Shown piece after piece: positions 20,369 to 29,128 of a stretch of 64,000 nt of DNA. The stretch lies in assembly GCA_963779415.1 (NCBI GenBank), contig CAVZYA010000002.1:992001-1056000 (forward strand), in the 5' to 3' direction. The notes under the pieces were generated by a model. That model searched no databases, was not told where the DNA came from, and saw only the letters and a program-made list of their open reading frames with translations. The first letter of the stretch is position 1, and every line of letters starts with the position of its first letter. Both the position numbers and the translations under genes were made by a program. The DNA comes from an uncultured Acidobacteriota bacterium (GTDB lineage: Bacteria; Acidobacteriota; Thermoanaerobaculia; UBA5066).

Positions 20369-22063
20369 TCAGCTCTCCTCGGCGTACGACGGGTACCACT
20401 GGCTCCGGGCGACGCGGGCGCGGAGCGCCTCGGCCGTCGCGGGTGGAGCGAGGCCCTCGCGCACGGCGGCCTCGGCCACGGCGCAGGCCACCTCGACCGC
20501 GACTCCCCTCAGCTCGCCGAGCGGCGGAAGGAGAGAAGCGGCGGGGTCCTTGAGCGCGGGGGACATCTCCGAGAGGCGCGTCGCCGCAGCGATCAGCATG
20601 CCGTCTGAGACGCGTCGGGCGCCGGAGGCGGCGATGCCGAGCCCCACGGCCGGGAAGATGAAGACGTTGTTGCACTGGGAGATGATCCAGGCGCGGCCGC
20701 CGAGGACCGCCGGCGGATAGGGCGAGCCCGTCGCCACGAGTGCGCGCCCCTCCGTCCAGCGGATCAGGTCCTCGGGCTTCGCTTCCGCGCGCGCCGTCGG
20801 GTTCGAGAGCGGGAAGATGACCGGCCGCGCGGTCTTCCGGGCCATCTCGCGGACGATCGGCTCGGTGAAGGCGCCGACGGCCGTCGACAGCCCGATCAGG
20901 ATGGTCGCCGGGACGTTCGCGATCACGTCGGCGAGGCCGACGAAGCCCGCGTGCGTCCGGGGCCACGACGCGATCTCGTCCGCGGCTCGCGCGTAGACGC
21001 GCTGCTCGGGGGTCAGGCTCGCCCTCGTGTCGACGAGGAGCCCTTCCACGTCGACGACGTAGAACCGGCGCCGCGCTTCCTCTTCGGTGAGGCCTTCGGT
21101 CCGCATCGCGGCCCGGAGGTAGTCGGCGACGCCGATGGCGGCCGAACCGGCCCCGAGGAAGACGATCGTCTGGTCCCGGAGGCTCGGCCGGCCGACCACG
21201 CGCGTCGCCGCCCCGATGGCTCCGAGCGCCACGGCCGCCGTCCCCTGGATGTCGTCGTTGAAGGAGAGAAGGCTGTCGCGGTAGCGGTTCAGGAGAGGGC
21301 GCGCGTTCGGCGTCGCGAAGTCCTCCCACTGGAGGAGCGCACCCGGAAGCTCCTGCTTGACGGCCTGGACGAAGCGGTCCACAAACTCGAAGTAGTCGTC
21401 GCCCGTCACGCGTTTCTGCCGCCAGCCGAGGTACTGCGGGTCGCGCAGCCGCTCCTCGTTGTTCGTCCCGACGTCGAGAAGGATCGGGAGCGTCCGGGCC
21501 GGGGGGATGCCGCCGATGAGCGTGTAGAGCGTCAGCTTTCCGATCGGGATGCCGAGGCCGCCGACTCCCTGGTCACCGATGCCGAGGATCCGCTCGCCGT
21601 CGGTCACGACGATGACGTCGACGTCGGGGTTCGACCGGTTCCGGAGGAGCTCGGGAATCGAGTCGCGGAGCGGGTAAGAGATGACGAGGCCGCGAGGGCG
21701 CCGGTAGATCTGGCTGAACTGCTGGCACGCCTCGGCCACGACCGGCGTGTAGACGATCGGCATCATCTCCTCGATGTGGGCGAGGAGGACGCGGTAGAAG
21801 AGGATCTCGTTCGTGTCCTGAAGGGCGCGGAGCAGGACGTGCCGGCCGAGCGGCGTCCGCTTGGCGAGGTAGGCGGAGTAGGCGCGGACTACCTGCTCGT
21901 CGATCGTCTCGACCTGCGGCGGGAGGAGACCGTGCAACCCGAGCTTCGTCCGCTCCTCCGTCTTGAAGGCGGTTCCCTTGTTCCAGGCCGGGGACTGGAG
22001 GAGTTGCATTCCCCGGAGGTGCGGCGGCCGGTGCGGAGGGGCGGCGACGACTTGCGGTGTCAT
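20369..22063 (-). CDS. maeA: NAD-dependent malic enzyme
   Basis: NKGTAF, VTDGERILGIGD, FNDDIQGT, GAGSA, LSNPT, QCNN. Confidence 0.93.
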   Translation of the reverse strand: MTPQVVAAPPHRPPHLRGMQLLQSPAWNKGTAFKTEERTKLGLHGLLPPQVETIDEQVVRAYSAYLAKRTPLGRHVLLRALQDTNEILFYRVLLAHIEEMMPIVYTPVVAEACQQFSQIYRRPRGLVISYPLRDSIPELLRNRSNPDVDVIVVTDGERILGIGDQGVGGLGIPIGKLTLYTLIGGIPPARTLPILLDVGTNNEERLRDPQYLGWRQKRVTGDDYFEFVDRFVQAVKQELPGALLQWEDFATPNARPLLNRYRDSLLSFNDDIQGTAAVALGAIGAATRVVGRPSLRDQTIVFLGAGSAAIGVADYLRAAMRTEGLTEEEARRRFYVVDVEGLLVDTRASLTPEQRVYARAADEIASWPRTHAGFVGLADVIANVPATILIGLSTAVGAFTEPIVREMARKTARPVIFPLSNPTARAEAKPEDLIRWTEGRALVATGSPYPPAVLGGRAWIISQCNNVFIFPAVGLGIAASGARRVSDGMLIAAATRLSEMSPALKDPAASLLPPLGELRGVAVEVACAVAEAAVREGLAPPATAEALRARVARSQWYPSYAEES

Positions 22064-22097
22064 CTCCCCTTACCTTACTCCGGATCTCTTCCGCCGG

Positions 22098-23870
22098 TCA
22101 TCTTCCGAGCGGGATCGGCCGCCCCGTCGCGTCGGGCACCGTGACGCCGAGCCAGGCGCCGACCGTCGGCGCGAGATCGTACGGGGTGACGGCGCTCCGC
22201 GAGACGCCGGCCTTCGCGGGGCCCCCCCAGAAGACGAGCGGCACGTGCGTGTCGGCGTCATGGTGCGTTCCGTGCATGGAGCCGCGCCCCGGGTCCCAGA
22301 TCGCCAGCATCCCCGGCCGCGGGACGAGGAAGGCGTCGCCCGACCGCGCCGTGTCGAAGTCGTTCTTCACGAAGTCGAGAGCGGGGGAGTCCTTCGGCCA
22401 CGACGCCCGCTGCCGGACGAGGAAAACCCCGGAGACCTCCTCGTCGTAGCCGAGCTTCACGAGCTTCGGCAGGACCTTGTCGACGTCGCCGGGGGTGAGG
22501 CTCCTCCCCGCCGCGCCGCAGGGGCCGTCGACGGTCCGGATCGGGAAGACGGTTTTCCGGTAGAAGAGGCTCCATCCCTCCATCGCGAAGACCGGCCGGA
22601 CCGATCGGTCGAAGCAGAGCTCGTCGGCGAGCATCCGGTTCAGCCGGTCGACGATGTTGTCCGTGTAGACGCGGCTTCCGACGACGCGGCCGCCGGAGGC
22701 GGACCGGTCGAGAATCCGCGCGACCTCCGGGATCGGGTTGAAACCGTGGTCGGCCGAGAGGGCGACGAGAGTCGTTCCCGCCGGATACTCCCTCTCGAGC
22801 GCGTCGAGGAGGCGGCCGATCTGTACGTCGAGGCGCCGGAGGATGTCCAGCTCCTCCTCCGACTCGTTTCCGTAGTCGTGCGAGACCGGGTCGTGCGCGG
22901 AGAAGCTTATGGTCAGGAGATCCGGCGTGCCGCGGCGGCCGAGGGCGAAGGAGGGGTCGGAGAGGAACGTCAGCGCGAGGTCCGCGGTCAGCTCGTCGAT
23001 GAGGGGGCTCCGGTAGACCCCGGCGAAATACCCCGAAGGCTCGGACCGCGACCAGGCCGCGTACTTCGCGATGTCCTTCTCCCAGCCGGTGCCGAAGGAC
23101 GGCACCTGGAACCGCTCGATGACGGCCTGCGGCACGGGAGTCGGGAGGGGCCGCGCCGGGGCCGGCTCCGGCGGCGCGAGCCTTCTCCAGATCGTTCCGA
23201 GGCGCGCGCGGAGAGCCGCGCCCCCCTTCTCGCGGTTGAACCGGGCGACGATCGCGGCGGCCGCAGCGCCGCTTCCGCTCTTCGTGTCGTAGGCCGCCGA
23301 CGTCGTGAAGGTCCCGTTCGACCGGTCGTACCAGTAGACCGCGTGCTCCGGGCTCTTCCCCGCGAGGAAGATCGCGGCGCGGTCCTTGCCCGAGACTGAG
23401 ACGACGCGCGCCCCTTTCTTCTGCGCGACGAGGGCGTCGCCGAGCGTCGGGACGCGGAGGTTCGCCGGTCCCGGAATCGTCACGGTGGAGCCGGCGGGAG
23501 AGGAGGGGTCGGCCTGGTCCGTGCAGTAGACCGAGACGAGGCCTCTTCCCGGCCTTTCCTCGAACCAGCTGTTGATGACGATTCCGTGGACGCGCGGCGG
23601 CGCGCCCGTGCCGAGCGACGCATGCCCCGGCCCCGTTTCCGTATTGAGGTGGCGGTAGCGCGCCTCGGCCTCGACGTGTCCCTCGTCGAGAAGACGCTTC
23701 AACCCCGCCACGTACCAGGGCCGGTATGCGAGGAGCCTCGGCATCGAGAGGCCGTCGACCGCGATGACGACGGCCAGCTTCGGGTCCGGCGCCGCCGGCT
23801 TCTGGGCGAGGAGCGCGCCGGCGGCCGCCAGAGCGATCAGGGGGGCGAGGAGGCGGGTCGGGCGGCTCAT
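22098..23870 (-). CDS. Alkaline phosphatase superfamily protein (PafA-like), secreted
   Basis: Signal peptide, AVDG, TETGPGHA, KDRAAI, SADHG, HGT..YD. Confidence 0.85.
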   Translation of the reverse strand: MSRPTRLLAPLIALAAAGALLAQKPAAPDPKLAVVIAVDGLSMPRLLAYRPWYVAGLKRLLDEGHVEAEARYRHLNTETGPGHASLGTGAPPRVHGIVINSWFEERPGRGLVSVYCTDQADPSSPAGSTVTIPGPANLRVPTLGDALVAQKKGARVVSVSGKDRAAIFLAGKSPEHAVYWYDRSNGTFTTSAAYDTKSGSGAAAAAIVARFNREKGGAALRARLGTIWRRLAPPEPAPARPLPTPVPQAVIERFQVPSFGTGWEKDIAKYAAWSRSEPSGYFAGVYRSPLIDELTADLALTFLSDPSFALGRRGTPDLLTISFSAHDPVSHDYGNESEEELDILRRLDVQIGRLLDALEREYPAGTTLVALSADHGFNPIPEVARILDRSASGGRVVGSRVYTDNIVDRLNRMLADELCFDRSVRPVFAMEGWSLFYRKTVFPIRTVDGPCGAAGRSLTPGDVDKVLPKLVKLGYDEEVSGVFLVRQRASWPKDSPALDFVKNDFDTARSGDAFLVPRPGMLAIWDPGRGSMHGTHHDADTHVPLVFWGGPAKAGVSRSAVTPYDLAPTVGAWLGVTVPDATGRPIPLGR

Positions 23871-23923
23871 CGGGACCTCCGTCTGGGAAGCGCGGATGTT
23901 CTCACAGGGCCTATCCTTCGCGC

Positions 23924-24253
23924 ATGAAGCGCGCGAACCCCCCCCGGCCGGCGGCCCGGAAAGGAGCCGCCCTCCCTTCTCCCGACAGGCTCCTCCACAC
24001 ACCGGTTCGTCTCGGCATCGTCAGCGTCCTCCGGCGCGGGCCCCTCACCTTCGGCGAGCTGAAGGACGCGCTCGGGGCGACGGACGGGAACCTCTCGATC
24101 CACGCCCGGAAGCTCGAGGTGGCGGGCTACGTCGCCTGCACGAAGGGCTTCGCGGGGCGCATCCCGAGGACCCGCTACCGCGTCACGCCGAAGGGACGTG
24201 CCGCGCTCGCGAAGTACCTCTCCGACATGGAGGCGTTCCTCGGCGCCACCTGA
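23924..24253 (+). CDS. Winged-helix transcriptional regulator
   Basis: HTPVRLGIVS...TDGNLSIH..KLE.AGYV. Confidence 0.85.
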   Translation: MKRANPPRPAARKGAALPSPDRLLHTPVRLGIVSVLRRGPLTFGELKDALGATDGNLSIHARKLEVAGYVACTKGFAGRIPRTRYRVTPKGRAALAKYLSDMEAFLGAT

Positions 24254-24271
24254 GGGCGCGGAGTCGAAGAG

Positions 24272-24973
24272 TCACCCTTTCGACGGGCGGCGTCGGGGCG
24301 GAGAAGCGGCCGGGCGGGACGGCGCGGCGGGACGCGGGGCGACAGCGGGGCGGCCGGGGCTGGACGTGCGGCGGCCGGCCTTCCGCGCGGCCTCGGCGTC
24401 GATGGCTTCCATCTCTTTCTCGACGCGCTTTCGCTCGATGTTCGTCCGGATCCGGCCGAGGGCCTGGTTGAGCGTGTTGTCGCGCGAGAGGAACCTGATG
24501 ATCGGCTCCTTTCGAAGCCCGACCTCGAGCGCGAGCCGGCGGAGCGGGAGATAGCGGGGCGAGGCCTCGAGCCCCCTTTCGATCGCATCCACGAGCTTCC
24601 GGCGGTTCCGCGCGTACTTCCAGAGCCTCGCCAGGACGAGGTAGTGCTCGCCCACCATCGGCTCGTTGTGCATGGCGATGTGGATGAACTTGGCCCCTTC
24701 CTGGTAATTCCCGAGCGCGTGGGCGATACAGAGTCCGTAGTACGAGAGCGCGTTCGCCGGGACGACGTCCTTCAGGGCGGCGCTGCCGGTGGCCGAGATG
24801 GCGTTTTCGCCCTTCAGCTCGGTCCGCTTGGTCAGCTGCTCGTAGGCGGCGGCGAGGATCGTGGCGCCGTCGCTCCAGCGCTCTTCCTTCGCGGCCTTGA
24901 TGCCATGTTTCACCAGGATCATCGGGTCTTTCTCGGAGCCGATGATCTGTTCGGCTGTCAGCGTCTCTTCCAT
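24272..24973 (-). CDS. Hypothetical TPR-like protein
   Basis: Helical repeats (ALSYYGLCIA, HYLVLARL), coding-like composition. Confidence 0.65.
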   Translation of the reverse strand: MEETLTAEQIIGSEKDPMILVKHGIKAAKEERWSDGATILAAAYEQLTKRTELKGENAISATGSAALKDVVPANALSYYGLCIAHALGNYQEGAKFIHIAMHNEPMVGEHYLVLARLWKYARNRRKLVDAIERGLEASPRYLPLRRLALEVGLRKEPIIRFLSRDNTLNQALGRIRTNIERKRVEKEMEAIDAEAARKAGRRTSSPGRPAVAPRPAAPSRPAASPPRRRPSKG

Positions 24974-25043
24974 CTCCGGTCCCTCGGCGCCTTCTGGGGC
25001 CGCGTGTCGATGAGCGGCGCGTTCCGGTCGCTAGTATAGGCGG

Positions 25044-26224
25044 ATGCGGACCCTCTTTCTGAGGCCGGGGCGCGACGCCGCCACGCGCCGCCGCCACCCG
25101 TGGCTCTTCTCCGGGGCCGTGGGGCGGGAGGCGGGAGACGGTACGGACGGCCTCGTGGAGGCGCGAGGAGGGGACGGGACGTTTCTCGCCCGCGGGCTGG
25201 CCTCGCCCGGCTCCCCGATCGTCGCGCGGTGGTGGACCTTCGCCGACGAGCCGGTCGACGCGTCTCTCGTGGATCGGCGCGTCGAGGACGCCATCGCCCT
25301 TCGGGAAAAGGTCGTCCCGCCCGGGACCGACGGCTACCGCGTCGTGAACGCCGAGGGGGATTTCCTTCCCGGCCTCGTCGTGGACCGGTACGGCGACGTC
25401 CTCGCCCTGCAGGTGACGACGGAGGGGACGGAGCGGGCCCGCGCGCTCTGGCTCCCGGCTCTCCGCGCCCGCTTTCCCCGGGCGACGTTCTTCCAGAGGA
25501 ACGACCTTCCCTCCCGCGCGGCGGAGGGGCTCGCCACGGCAGACGAACTCCTCGCGGGGGCCCCGCTCCCTCCGCGAGCGGCCTTTCGCGAGAGGGGCCT
25601 CGCCTTCGTCGCCGACCTTGCCGGCGGGCAGAAGACCGGCTTCTTCCTCGACCAGCGAGAGAACCGCGACCTCGTCCGCCGGCATGCGGCGGGGCGGCGC
25701 GTCCTGAACCTCTTCTCTTACTCCGGTGCCTTCGGCGTCGCCGCGCTCGCGGGAGGGGCGGCGGCCGTGACCCACGTCGACGCCTCCGCGCCGGCTCTCG
25801 ACCTCGCCCGGGAGAATCACCGCGCGAACGGTCAGGACGCCGCCTCATTCGTCGTGGCCGACGTCTTCGAAGACCTGCGCGCGCGCGCCGCCGCCGGCGA
25901 ATTTTGGGACCTCGTCGTCACCGACCCCCCTGCCTTCGCGAAGCGGCGCGGCGACGTGGAGAGAGCCTGCCGCGGCTACAAGGACGTGAACCGTCTCGCC
26001 CTGAAGCTCCTCGCGCCGGGGGGCTCCTTCTCGCCTGCTCGTGCTCGGGACCGGTCGACGCCGATCTCTTCCAGAAAGTCCTCTTTGCCGCCTCGCTCGA
26101 CGCGGGCGTCCCGGCGCGGATCCTCGAAAAGCGCGGCGCCGGACCCGACCATCCGGTCTCGGTGGACTGCCCCGAAGGGGAGTACCTGAAGGCGTTTCTC
26201 CTCGCGCGCGGGCCGGACGGATGA
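25044..26224 (+). CDS. rlmI: RlmI-like 23S rRNA m5C methyltransferase; frameshift at G run ~26020
   Basis: HPWLFSG, EGD.LPGLVVD, GQKTGFFLDQRENR, DPPAF; C-terminus (CSCS, EYLK) in a second frame. Confidence 0.85.
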
Positions 26225-27348
26225 GCCGGGTCGCCCTCGTCGGTCCGGTTCCGCCGTGGCGGAGCGGAATTGCGGATCAGGACATCCGGCTTCTCCGCGC
26301 CCTCCGGAGGCTCGGCGTCGACCCCCTCGTCGTGACCTTCTCGCGGATGTATCCCCCTTTTCTCTATCCGGGCCGGGCCGACCGCGACGAGGGAGAGTTT
26401 CCCGCGGACGCGGGGGAGATCCACCTGCTTCTGGACGGGTGGAACCCGCTCAGCTTCGGCGCGGCCGCGCGCTTCCTCGCCGGGCGCTCTCCGCAGCTCG
26501 TCGTCGCGCCGTGGTGGACGGCGTTCTTCGCGCCGCACACGCTTCTTCTCCTCGACACGCTCGGACGAGAGAGTCCGGAGACGGTGAGGCTTCTCCTCGG
26601 GCACAACGTCGAGGACCACGAGGCGGGGCCTCTCAAGAGCGCGCTCTCCCGAGCCGTCTTCCGCCGGGCCGACCGGGTCGCCGTCCAGAACCGGCACGCG
26701 GCCGCCGAGCTTTCGGCCGAGCTCCCGGGGACGCCGGTCGCCGTCGTGCTGCATCCCGTCGAGCCGCGCGAGATCCTGCCGGACCGCGAAGCAGCCCGTG
26801 CGCGACTCGGCATTCCGGCGGAGGCCCCGCTCTTCCTCTTCGGCGGGATCCTGCGGCCGTACAAGGGGTGGGACGTCCTTCTCGGCGCGTTCCGGCGGCT
26901 GCGGCGCGACCTTCCCTCGGCTCAGCTCGTCTTCGCGGGGGAGCCGTGGGGCGACGCGGGCCTCCTTCGCGAGGAGGAGAACGTCCGGCTTCGTCTGGAG
27001 TACCTTCCCGAGCGGGAGCGCGCCCTCTGGTTCGCCGCTTCGGACGCGGTCGTCTGCCCCTACCGGCACGCGACCGGATCGGGGATCGCCGCCGACGCCC
27101 TCGCGCACGGCCGACCGGTGATCGGGACGCGCGTGGACGGCCTCGCGGAGGTCGTCGAGGACGGTGTCTCGGGCCTTCTCGTCCCGCCCGGCGACGAGGC
27201 GGCTCTCGCCGCCGCGATGCGCCGCTTCGTCGCGGAACGGATGGGGCCGCGGCTCTCGGCCGGGGCCGTCCGGCGGGCTTCGGCGCTCGGGCCGGAGACG
27301 CACGCGCGGCAGCTTCTCGCGCTGGGCGGCGTCACGCTCTCCCCGTGA
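26221..27348 (+). CDS. Glycosyltransferase family 4
   Basis: GILRPYKG, PYRHATGSG, GRPVIGT.VDGL.E. Confidence 0.88.
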   Translation: MSRVALVGPVPPWRSGIADQDIRLLRALRRLGVDPLVVTFSRMYPPFLYPGRADRDEGEFPADAGEIHLLLDGWNPLSFGAAARFLAGRSPQLVVAPWWTAFFAPHTLLLLDTLGRESPETVRLLLGHNVEDHEAGPLKSALSRAVFRRADRVAVQNRHAAAELSAELPGTPVAVVLHPVEPREILPDREAARARLGIPAEAPLFLFGGILRPYKGWDVLLGAFRRLRRDLPSAQLVFAGEPWGDAGLLREEENVRLRLEYLPERERALWFAASDAVVCPYRHATGSGIAADALAHGRPVIGTRVDGLAEVVEDGVSGLLVPPGDEAALAAAMRRFVAERMGPRLSAGAVRRASALGPETHARQLLALGGVTLSP

Positions 27349-27370
27349 GGCGTTGGTACACTCGGTCGCG

Positions 27371-28192
27371 ATGGAAGGACGGACGAAGATTTTCCGGGAG
27401 CGCGTCGTCTCCCTCGACCAGACGCAGGAGCTGGGGGAGCGCTATGCCTCTCTTCTCGCGGAAGTCGTCGAGGAGGCTCTTCCCGGATTCACCCTGAAGG
27501 AGCACGGGCTCGAGCACGAGCCCGACCTCTACGTCCTCGTCTTCGAGAACCCCGCGTCCAGCGTGACGATGCGGGTCGCCTTCACCCGGATGGTCCTCGC
27601 GGACCCGCTGCGCGTTCCGGCCATCGTGGAGAGCCGGCTGGCGCCCGTCCGCGCGCAGATGGTGGAGCTGATCCGCTCGCGCGGCGCTCTCGCCCAGATC
27701 CGCGTCTCCCTGCGCGATCTCCTGACCGACGAGGAGCAGGCCGAGGCGGACCTTCTCGAGGCCGATTACCGGAAGAAGCAGGAGGCGCTGCTCGCGGCCC
27801 AGCGAGCCGAGGAGGAGCGGCGCGAAGCCGAGCGGCGACGCCGGAAACAGGAAGAGGCCGCGAAGCGGCATGCCGAGCGCGAGCGACAGGAGCGGGAACG
27901 GCGCGAAAGGGCCGGGGCGGCCGCGCCATCCCCGGGCGGAGGAGGCGGCGGTGGCCGCGGCCGCGGGCGCCGCCGGCGCGGACGGGGCGGCTCCGGCGGG
28001 GCTCCGTCCCCGGGCGGCCCTGCGCCGCAGCCTCAGGCTGCCGTGCCTCGCCCGGCTCCGAGCGGCCCTCCGAGGAGCGCGCCCGGTGCGCCGCCCCAGG
28101 GATCGCCGGGAGGCAGCGGCCGGCGCCGCCGCCGCCGCGGGCGGCGGGGCGGATCGGGCGGTGCTCCGTCCGGACCGGCCGCTACGGGCTGA
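27371..28192 (+). CDS. Hypothetical protein with coiled coil and Arg/Gly-rich tail
   Basis: Globular N-terminus, E/R-rich helix, GRGRGRRRRGRGG and RRRRRRGRRGG tracts. Confidence 0.65.
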   Translation: MEGRTKIFRERVVSLDQTQELGERYASLLAEVVEEALPGFTLKEHGLEHEPDLYVLVFENPASSVTMRVAFTRMVLADPLRVPAIVESRLAPVRAQMVELIRSRGALAQIRVSLRDLLTDEEQAEADLLEADYRKKQEALLAAQRAEEERREAERRRRKQEEAAKRHAERERQERERRERAGAAAPSPGGGGGGGRGRGRRRRGRGGSGGAPSPGGPAPQPQAAVPRPAPSGPPRSAPGAPPQGSPGGSGRRRRRRGRRGGSGGAPSGPAATG

Positions 28193-28205
28193 GTCTCCGG
28201 CTGCG

Positions 28206-29102
28206 TCAGAGCCGCGCGCCGCAGCGCGGGCAGAAGACGTCACCGGGGCGCCCCGGATGCGTGCAGCCGGCCGGAGGCGGCTCGATCGGGGCGAAACGGA
28301 GCCGCGCTTCCTCGCCCGTGGAGCCGAGGAGATCGACGCGGCGGCGCTGGGAAGGCTCTCCGGCGTGGGAGAACTCGACGAGGAAGCCCCCTTCGCGACG
28401 GCACCGGTCCTCGAACCATCGGACGAGCGGAACCTGAAGGGCCTCCGAAAGGCGCTGCGTCAGGGCGGCGCGGTCGGCGTGAAACGTCCGGACGTAGCTG
28501 CCGCGCGAGTCGGCCCCGAGCGTCATCTCCGTGGCGCCGAAGCGAAGGGCCTCGCCGATCAGGATCCGCGCCAGCTTTTCGACCGACTCGGGAGGCGCCG
28601 TCCGTCCGGTGGCTTCTCCGGCCGAGCGGGAAGGCGCGGGGCCGATCGTCGGCGGAGGAGGGGGCGGGCACCCCTTGTCGAACCAGTCGAGATAGTCCTC
28701 CAGCACGGGATCGGGAACGACGAAGAGCGAGACCGTAAAGCCGGTCACCTCGGCGAGGAAGCGGCCCAGCACGACATTGCGCGGGTCGGAGACGGCCACG
28801 TGCAGGAGCTTTCCCTCATGCCGGAACGGGAGGACGCGGAAGCGGCGGCGCTCCTTGGACGAGAGCGCCGCCACGACGTCGGGGTCGGCGGCGGCCAGCT
28901 CCTCGCGCGTGACTCCGGGGAGACCGTAGGCCCGGGAGAGGGCCGTCGTCAGGACCTCCTCCGTCACCGCCCCGGTCGTCAGGAGCGCCCGCTCGATCGT
29001 CCCGCCATGCTCGTGACGCCAGGTCGACGCGCGGCCCAGGCGGCGGACCGTCAGCTCTCCGGCCTCGACGAGGGCGTCTCCGACTCCGATCGGCTTCTTC
29101 AC
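28206..29102 (-). CDS. GspE/PilB N-terminal-domain protein without ATPase domain
   Basis: GDALVEAGEL, RFRVLPF...LHVAVSDP; C-terminal FCPRCG; no Walker A. Confidence 0.7.
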   Translation of the reverse strand: MKKPIGVGDALVEAGELTVRRLGRASTWRHEHGGTIERALLTTGAVTEEVLTTALSRAYGLPGVTREELAAADPDVVAALSSKERRRFRVLPFRHEGKLLHVAVSDPRNVVLGRFLAEVTGFTVSLFVVPDPVLEDYLDWFDKGCPPPPPPTIGPAPSRSAGEATGRTAPPESVEKLARILIGEALRFGATEMTLGADSRGSYVRTFHADRAALTQRLSEALQVPLVRWFEDRCRREGGFLVEFSHAGEPSQRRRVDLLGSTGEEARLRFAPIEPPPAGCTHPGRPGDVFCPRCGARL

Positions 29103-29128
29103 CTGCGCGTCCTTCCCCCGGATCGAGT

